Shown here piece by piece: positions 42,367-47,557 of a stretch of 47,557 nucleotides of DNA. The translations under genes and the position numbers were made by a program. Origin of the DNA: Nemertoderma westbladi (lineage: Eukaryota > Animalia > Xenacoelomorpha); the NCBI GenBank assembly GCA_032718475.1, contig JAUCBJ010007416.1, positions 1-47,557 of the forward strand. Direction: 5' to 3'. Below the pieces are notes generated by a model. It saw nothing but the letters and a program-made list of their open reading frames with translations. It searched no databases and was not told the DNA's origin. Each line of letters opens with the position of its first letter. Position 1 is the first letter of the stretch.

Positions 42367-44103
42367 GTTACTTCCTACCCACTCACACCCACCATATTAC
42401 CTTCCTACCCACTCACACCCACCATATTACCTTCCTACCTACCCACTCACACCCACCATATTACCTTCCTACCCACCCACCATATTACCTTCCTATCCAC
42501 TCACACCCACCATATTACCTTCCTACCCACTCACCCACCATATTACCTTCCTACCCACCCACTCACACCCACCATATTACCTTCCTACCCACTCACACCC
42601 ACCATATTACCTTCCTACCCACCCACTCACACCCACCATATTACCTTCCTACCCACTCACACCCACCATATTACCTTCATACCCACTCACACCCACCATA
42701 TTACCTTCCTACCCACTCACACCCACCATATTACCTTCCTACCCACTCACACCCACCATATTACCTTCCTACCCACTCACACCCACCATATTACCTTCCT
42801 ACCCACCCACTCACACCCACCATATTACCTTCCTACCCACCCACTCATCACCCACCATATTACCTTCCTACCCACTCACACCCACCATATTACCTTCCTA
42901 CCCACTCACACCCACCATATTACCTTCCTACCCACCCACTCACACCCACCATATTACCTTCCTACCCACTCACACCCACCATATTACCTTCCTACCCACT
43001 CACACCCACCATATTACCTTCCTACCCACTCACACCCACCATATTACCTTCCTACCCACCCACTCACACCCACCATATTACCTTCCTACCCACTCACACC
43101 CACCATATTACCTTCCTACCCACTCACACCCACCATATTACCTTCCTACCCACTCACACCCACCATATTACCTTCCTACCCACTCACACCCACCATATTA
43201 CCTTCCTACCCACTCACACCCACCATATTACCTTCCTACCCACTCACACCCACCATATTACCTTCCTACCCACTCACACCCACCATATTACCTTCCTACC
43301 CACTCACACCCACCATATTACCTTCCTACCCACTCACACCCACCATATTACCTTCCTACCCACCCACTCACACCCACCATATTACCTTCCTACCCACTCA
43401 CACCCACCATATTACCTTCCTACCCACTCACACCCACCATATTACCTTCCTACCCACTCACACCCACCATATTACCTTCCTACCCACTCACACCCACCAT
43501 ATTACCTTCACTACCCACTCACACCCACCATATTACCTTCCTACCCACTCACACCCACCATATTACCTTCCTACCCACTCACACCCACCATATTACCTTC
43601 CTACCCACCCACTCACACCCACCATATTACCTTCCTACCCACTCACACCCACCATATTACCTTCCTACCCACTCACACCCACCATATTACCTTCCTACCC
43701 ACTCACACCCACCATATTACCTTCCTACCCACTCACACCCACCATATTACCTTCCTACCCACTCACACCCACCATATTACCTTCCTACCCACTCACACCC
43801 ACCATATTACCTTCCTACCCACTCACACCCACCATATTACCTTCCTACCCACTCACACCCACCATATTACCTTCCTACCCACCCACTCACACCCACCATA
43901 TTACCTTCCTACCCACCCACTCACACCCACCATATTACCTTCCTACCCACTCACACCCACCATATTACCTTCCTACCCACCCACTCACACCCACCATATT
44001 ACCTTCCTACCCACTCACACCCACCATATTACCTTCCTACCCACTCACACCCACCTATTACCTTCATACCCACTCACACCCACCTCATTACCTTCCTACC
44101 CAC
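42367..44103. repeat. 30-bp minisatellite (cttcctacccactcacacccaccatattac)n, more than 50 units, with 34-bp variants
   Basis: Near-perfect array that is essentially G-free on the plus strand. Confidence 0.97.
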
Positions 44104-44104
44104 T

Positions 44105-46010
44105 TTAGTCACATTCAACATCAACAGCAATGCATTTACGTTTTCTGAATCGTGCTGGGGCATGTTTAAGCCACTCTTTGATGCGATTGTGAACGATTTT
44201 CACACCGATACAACGTTCCTCCTGAAACAGACGAGATGACAAAACAGATTCAGTTACCAGTTGAACAAATAAAGTTTCTTTAATTGCAGTTTTCTGAACA
44301 CCTGCATTGTTTTTTCGATCAAATCCGCACCAGCTAAGTTTTGAAGCGAGTTCTTCAGTGATTGTGGCCTTTAGAATAGCAGTAGCGGAACCAGTCAAAG
44401 TTGAGCCACCAACTAGTTTCAGTCGATTCATCGTGGCTTTATAAGAAGAATCATTGATGAGTTCCTTGTTCAAATCCTCGAGTTCAGCAACAGTGGCAAC
44501 TGGTAGATGTATATATTCATTAATATTATTATCAGGGAGCATGACTGCTGCCGGATTTATGATGTTACTAAGCAGTTTACTGTGAAACTTCTGTGTTTCA
44601 ATTATGGTATTTAGTTTATCCATTAATATTTCATACGGCTTTCGACGGGCTTCCGTACGTGTGCCCTCATTCACATCTCCAGTTCCTGGAGGAGTAAGAG
44701 ACCCCGAGTTACAACCGGGATTAAGCGGACCGATAGTTCGTGGAGTAAGCGACCCCCGAGTTACAACCAGGATTAAGCGCCTCGACAGTTCCTGGAGTAA
44801 GCGACCCCGAGTTACAACCAGGATTAAGCGCCCCGACAGTTCCTGGAGTAAGCGACCCCGAGTTACAACCAGGATTAAGCGCCCCGACAGTTCCTGGAGT
44901 AAGCGACCCCGAGTTACAACCAGGATTAAGCGCCTCGACAGTTCCTGGAGTAAGCGACCCCGAGTTACAACCGGGATTAAGCGGACCGATAGTTCGTGGA
45001 GTAAGCGACCCCCCGAGTTACAACCAGGATTAAGCGCCTCGACAGTTCCTGGAGTAAGCGACCCCGAGTTACAACCAGGATTAAGCGCCCCGACAGTTCC
45101 TGGAGTAAGCGACCCCGAGTTACAACCAGGATTAAGCGCCCCGACAGTTCCTGGAGTAAGCGACCCCGAGTTACAACCAGGATTAAGCGCCTCGACAGTT
45201 CCTGGAGTAAGCGACCCCGAGTTACAACCAGGATTAAGCGCCCCGACAGTTCCTGGAGTAAGCGACCCCGAGTTACAACCGGGATTAAGCGGACCGATAG
45301 TTCGTGGAGTAAGCGACCCCCCGAGTTACAACCAGGATTAAGCGCCTCGACAGTTCCTGGAGTAAGCGACCCCGAGTTACAACCAGGATTAAGCGCCCCG
45401 ACAGTTCCTGGAGTAAGCGACCCCGAGTTACAACCAGGATTAAGCGCCCCGACAGTTCCTGGAGTAAGCGACCCCGAGTTACAACCAGGATTAAGCGCCT
45501 CGACAGTTCCTGGAGTAAGCGACCCCGAGTTACAACCAGGATTAAGCGCCCCGACATTAATACCCTTTTTTCTTCTCAACCCCCTGTGTCTATCGCCCAG
45601 CTCATCGTCTGTTGGTGGTGCTGTACCACTACCACTTTCGGAGCAGTATATTTCGTTTCTCATTACTGCTTCACCAGCAAGTCTTTCAGCCTTCTCAATA
45701 TTCTCTGTCAGGGAAAACAATATAATAAATATATAATAACTAGATAAATGTATCAAGATGCCTTTAAATGAACCCACAAATTAATAAATTAAATAATACC
45801 CTTTTTTGTGATCAATTCTCTAAAAATCAACGAAGCTGAGAGAACAAAGAAAAAGACCTACATAAGGAGATATATGATATACGGATCAGATAACAATAAA
45901 GGAAATATTTCAAAATTTAACTAACTTGTAAAAGCCAAAACAGTTCCTCGGTGTTTCGCCCAACTTGACATCTCTATATTACCAAATTCTTTTCGCATTG
46001 ATTCAACATT
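44105..46010 (-). pseudogene. Spliced DUF4806-like accessory gene of the EnSpm-like element, frameshifted within a coding VNTR
   Basis: C-terminal LPVATVAELEDLNKEL..LKLVGGS..ILKATITEELASKLSWCG..K..IKEWLKHAPAR resembles DUF4806. A predicted GT-AG intron at 45925-45705 joins WAKHRGTVLAFT-K-NIEKAERL in frame. The 5' end is uncertain. Confidence 0.7.
44680..45556. repeat. 51-bp coding tandem repeat (about 17 units; 17-aa GALNPGCNSGSLTPGTV)
   Basis: Unit gagttacaaccaggattaagcgccccgacagttcctggagtaagcgacccc, with a variant unit recurring every 5-6 copies. Confidence 0.95.
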
Positions 46011-47557
46011 GGCACAACTGTACTACATAAGGTTACTGGCTGACTGGTAAGAAGAAATTTAAGAGTCCAGAGGTTGCAGGATGGAGGCCAGGCAGCCAGG
46101 AGGCCACCAAACAGGACTGCAGGATATGTTAGGCCAGGCAGGTCAGCAGCCAGGTGGTTCAAACGTGAAATGACAATCCTGTCACCTGTCAGCCTGTACA
46201 GCTGTACTCCAGCTCCAGCAGTAGCCTGAGTCTAGTATGTAGTACTGTAGTACCGCACCGGTCTGCCGGTACTACTAATATAAATATACTGTACTCGTAC
46301 TGTAGTCAGTCAGTAGGTAAGTCTGTAAGTGGTAAGTAGATGTGTCATTAAGACACGTGTTCAAGACGTAATTTTAGGTAATTATTTCCACCATGAAAAG
46401 TATCACACAGATACGTGCCATCAAGACGTGTTCAACACGTCATTTTAGGTAATTATATCCACCATGTATAAGTCTCATACAGGAACGTGTCAACAAGACG
46501 TGGTCAAGACGTAATTTTACGTAATTACGTCAACCATCAAAACGATGAGTTCTTGCAACAAACATAATTGACGTAAAATGACGTCCACATACCTGTTAAG
46601 GTGTAAAATTAGACGTCAAATGCTTATAGGGAAGTTGTGTACCTTTTACACCTACTATGTACCAAGTTGCGTACATTTTGTACCTATTATGTAACAGTTG
46701 TGTATGGTCTTGTACCTATTTATGTTTCCTAAAGTAAAGATGTGTAATCTGATTATTATTATGATTGCTACATAACATGGTATAGAGACTATCTTATCGT
46801 ATAACCGTTATCAACAGTGTTGTAGTCATAATTTGCAACGTTTCATTGAAATAATCACTTGAAATATTCGAATACATTCTACCCATAATAATTAATACTA
46901 ATTATTGTAAAACTATTTTTCTATGCGGAAATCCAGACTGAAAGTCTCTCTCTTGATATCTGTTGTTCCTTTGCGTCAATATAATTAGAGTGTATTTAAC
47001 AAATTTATTGTATCCGTTGAAATGTATTTGTAAACAATAATTTAGTTGTCATGATTTTTAAGTAAGATTAGGTTAATTAAATAAAGCCTTTATAAAATTA
47101 TTATTATTATCCTGGGGGAAACTTTACAGCTTTATCGAAACTCTATAGCTCCATGGTAAGTCTAGCTCCACGAAACTCTATGGGGAGGGGGGGGGGGGGG
47201 GGGGGGGTTAGTATACTCCAGGTATTAAACTAAACTGATCCTTTTCTTATATATGATGGACAGATTGTCGGATAGTCAGAAAGACCAAATTTAATATACT
47301 ATCTAGTTAAGTTTTTGAATTTATTTTTTGAAATATACCAGAACATGACTAGCTATTTTTATTTTTAAAAAATAATGTTCTAGAACGAATATTTTTTGAA
47401 ATATTTAAAAAATTATCAAACACTAATGTTTAGTAACTTTATTTTTTCATATCAATAAAAAGCTTGTCTTGCAAGGATTCCAAATACAACTAATTACCCA
47501 ACTAATTAGTATAAACAATTTCGTGGGAGGGTTTACGACGTACCTCCAGTTCCCCCT

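Larger units (their letters stand above)
41516..46631 (-). mobile_element. Non-autonomous EnSpm/CACTA(CMC)-like DNA transposon, 5.1 kb
   Basis: TIR CCCTATAAGCAT / ATGCTTATAGGG, 2-bp TSD AA, and dense ACGT-core subterminal repeats (41530-41870 and 46350-46620). Contains a DUF4806-like gene but no transposase. Confidence 0.85.

Noticed and set aside
42351-44108. 585-aa His/Pro/Thr-rich protein
   Set aside because: It is the translation of a minisatellite whose unit has no stop codon on this strand; the frame drifts with 4-bp unit variants.
44680-45556. CRISPR array (the 30-bp array was also considered)
   Set aside because: Units are contiguous with no unique spacers, there are no cas genes, and the context is eukaryotic.
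47110-47557. Possible MITE bounded by GGGGGAA.../...TTCCCCC
   Set aside because: The match is too short and low-complexity, and the window ends before a TSD can be tested.

Overview
Eukaryotic, probably invertebrate, transposon-dense DNA with no confidently identifiable host gene. Bases 1-26808 hold two related Bel/Pao LTR retrotransposons in tandem on the minus strand. Copy A (11913-26808) has an intact 2688-aa Gag-PR-RT-RH-IN ORF and is inserted in an RTE-like LINE. Copy B (<1-12094) is decayed and lacks RNase H and integrase through an internal deletion. Both carry a non-env second ORF downstream of pol, preceded by a conserved RNA hairpin. The two ORF2s share about 120 N-terminal residues and then diverge completely: B ends in a DEDDy/WRN-like 3'-5' exonuclease-like domain (about 1037 codons, one internal TGA), and A carries CCHC zinc knuckles and a basic tail (about 482 codons, two internal TGAs). 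This modular cargo slot is the most notable observation. The rest of the window is a nest of LINE, Bel/Pao and MITE fragments, a 7.8-kb hAT-like transposon with three nested MITEs, and a 5.1-kb non-autonomous EnSpm/CACTA-like element carrying a DUF4806-like gene and two minisatellites. All family and domain calls are by-eye motif recognition, not database searches.
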